NCBI GenBank assembly: GCA_963695345.1
Contig: OY968769.1
Location: 2,368,001-2,432,000, forward strand
Length of the DNA stretch: 64,000 bases
Direction of reading: 5' to 3'
Source: an uncultured Methanomassiliicoccales archaeon
GTDB taxonomy: Archaea > Thermoplasmatota > Thermoplasmata > Methanomassiliicoccales > UBA472
Shown here: positions 62,900 to 64,000 of the stretch, one piece after another
How the letters are laid out: the number at the start of each line of letters is the position of its first letter
How positions within the stretch are numbered: the first letter of the stretch is position 1
Translations under genes and position numbers: made by a program
The notes under the pieces: model-generated
Databases searched by the model: none
Told to the model about the DNA's origin: nothing
Seen by the model: the letters and a program-made list of their open reading frames with translations, nothing else

Positions 62900-63872
62900 T
62901 CATCTCAATTTCGAGCGAATAACGGGTGTTTTTACCCTTATCGTCTGGCTCGTTGGTCCGGTAGTGGGGATTTTCGGTGCGTTTTCGTTCTGATATATGT
63001 CCCCCTTTACCGGGTTCAAAGCCTTACGGAACTCAATTCCTACGTTCCTTGCCTCGATACGTGCGTAGTATCTCTGTGTGGTTGCAGAGTCTTTGTGCCC
63101 CAATTGAGTCGATACAACGGGTAGCTGCTTCGAATCCACGTGCAGAGCGTTGCTTGCGCTTGAACTTCTGAAGTCCTTTATTAAGAACTTCACTCCTGAC
63201 TCCTTCTCGATCTCCCGCTTGATCTTATTGAAGTTGGACAACGAATAGACATTTCCTGCTGGTGTTGGAAACAATGCTTCTGACTTGAGTCCACTCTTCT
63301 TCAAAAAGCATTCCCGGTCGGTTTGATATTGCCTGAGATATGGAAACATGTCATCCCTTACTATCATGACGTTGGTCGGTCCAAACCAGCTACTGCTCCC
63401 CTAGGATATTCGATATGCAGCGATAGGTTGGTTAGGTCCAGGTCCTGTATCCGGGATGTCCGGATCTCCGAAGGTCGGCGCATGGTCCCCCAATAAAGAG
63501 CCATTGCCCCTCGCATCATCTGGCCATCCCATTCATTTTCCCATCCTTTGGTCGATTCGAGAATAACGTCCAGATCGGCTTTTGAAAACGTGCGTATGGG
63601 TTTCTCTGTCTCTCTCGGCATCTTGAAACCCTTCTGCTTCATCCGGTCAAAAACAAAGTTGTCGAAATGATCGAGCATTCCCTTCAACTCGTTGAGCAAT
63701 TTCTTCTGAGTCCCCGGATCATAGTTCTTACTCTCTTCTTATATTCATATGGCTTGTCGTATAGAATCTCAGTATCGGCAGTTTGAGCGATGCTATTGTC
63801 TATCTCCTTCTGGCACTGCCCCTTGAAGTCCCACCATTGGCGATGCAGGTGCCACCTTGCCGAAATCTTCAT
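62900..63872 (-). mobile_element. Tyrosine recombinase/integrase (frameshifted) at the edge of a probable tRNA-integrated element
   Basis: Three abutting ORF pieces with MRRPSEI (R), KDFR (HxxR variant), QLGH...TT..YY catalytic motifs; points toward the tRNA-Arg 3' end, 17 bp away. Confidence 0.82.
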
Positions 63873-64000
63873 TGGAATTCATTGCCGATCTGAAGGGTGG
63901 TATCTAACGAAAGCATAATCTCTCATACTTTGATGTAAGAATATACAACGACAAATACAAATCATCAGGAAGGCGTTACTCTGTTCATGAGGGGTCATTT

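Overview
This is archaeal chromosomal DNA from a methanogen, most consistent with Methanomassiliicoccales. The evidence is an mcrB-D-G-A operon without mcrC, mcrC relocated behind atwA, several DUF835 proteins and an archaeal rpoE'/spt4/rps24e/rps27ae operon. 1-15.2 kb holds the MCR operon and the MCR-activation/methanogenesis-marker cluster (DUF2098, AtwA, McrC, Mmp3/6/5/15/17/7). The rest is housekeeping and accessory genes: a copper export locus, TrpB2, an ABC exporter, class II RNR, RNase P RNA, tRNA-Leu, an FN3/LRR surface protein, a heliorhodopsin remnant, a stand-alone PriS-like primase, deoxyhypusine synthase, a KaiC-like pair and HppA. An intron-containing tRNA-Arg is followed by an integrase at the right edge. 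Many single-base frameshifts in essential genes look like long-read assembly errors. The most striking unexplained feature is a tandem pair of ~285-nt structured, apparently non-coding elements at 16.7-17.4 kb. They share a 17-nt 5' motif and a co-varying terminal helix, and are candidate members of an undescribed ncRNA family. A perfect 12x30-bp repeat ORF is the second notable oddity. All family assignments come from motif recognition by eye; no database searches were run.
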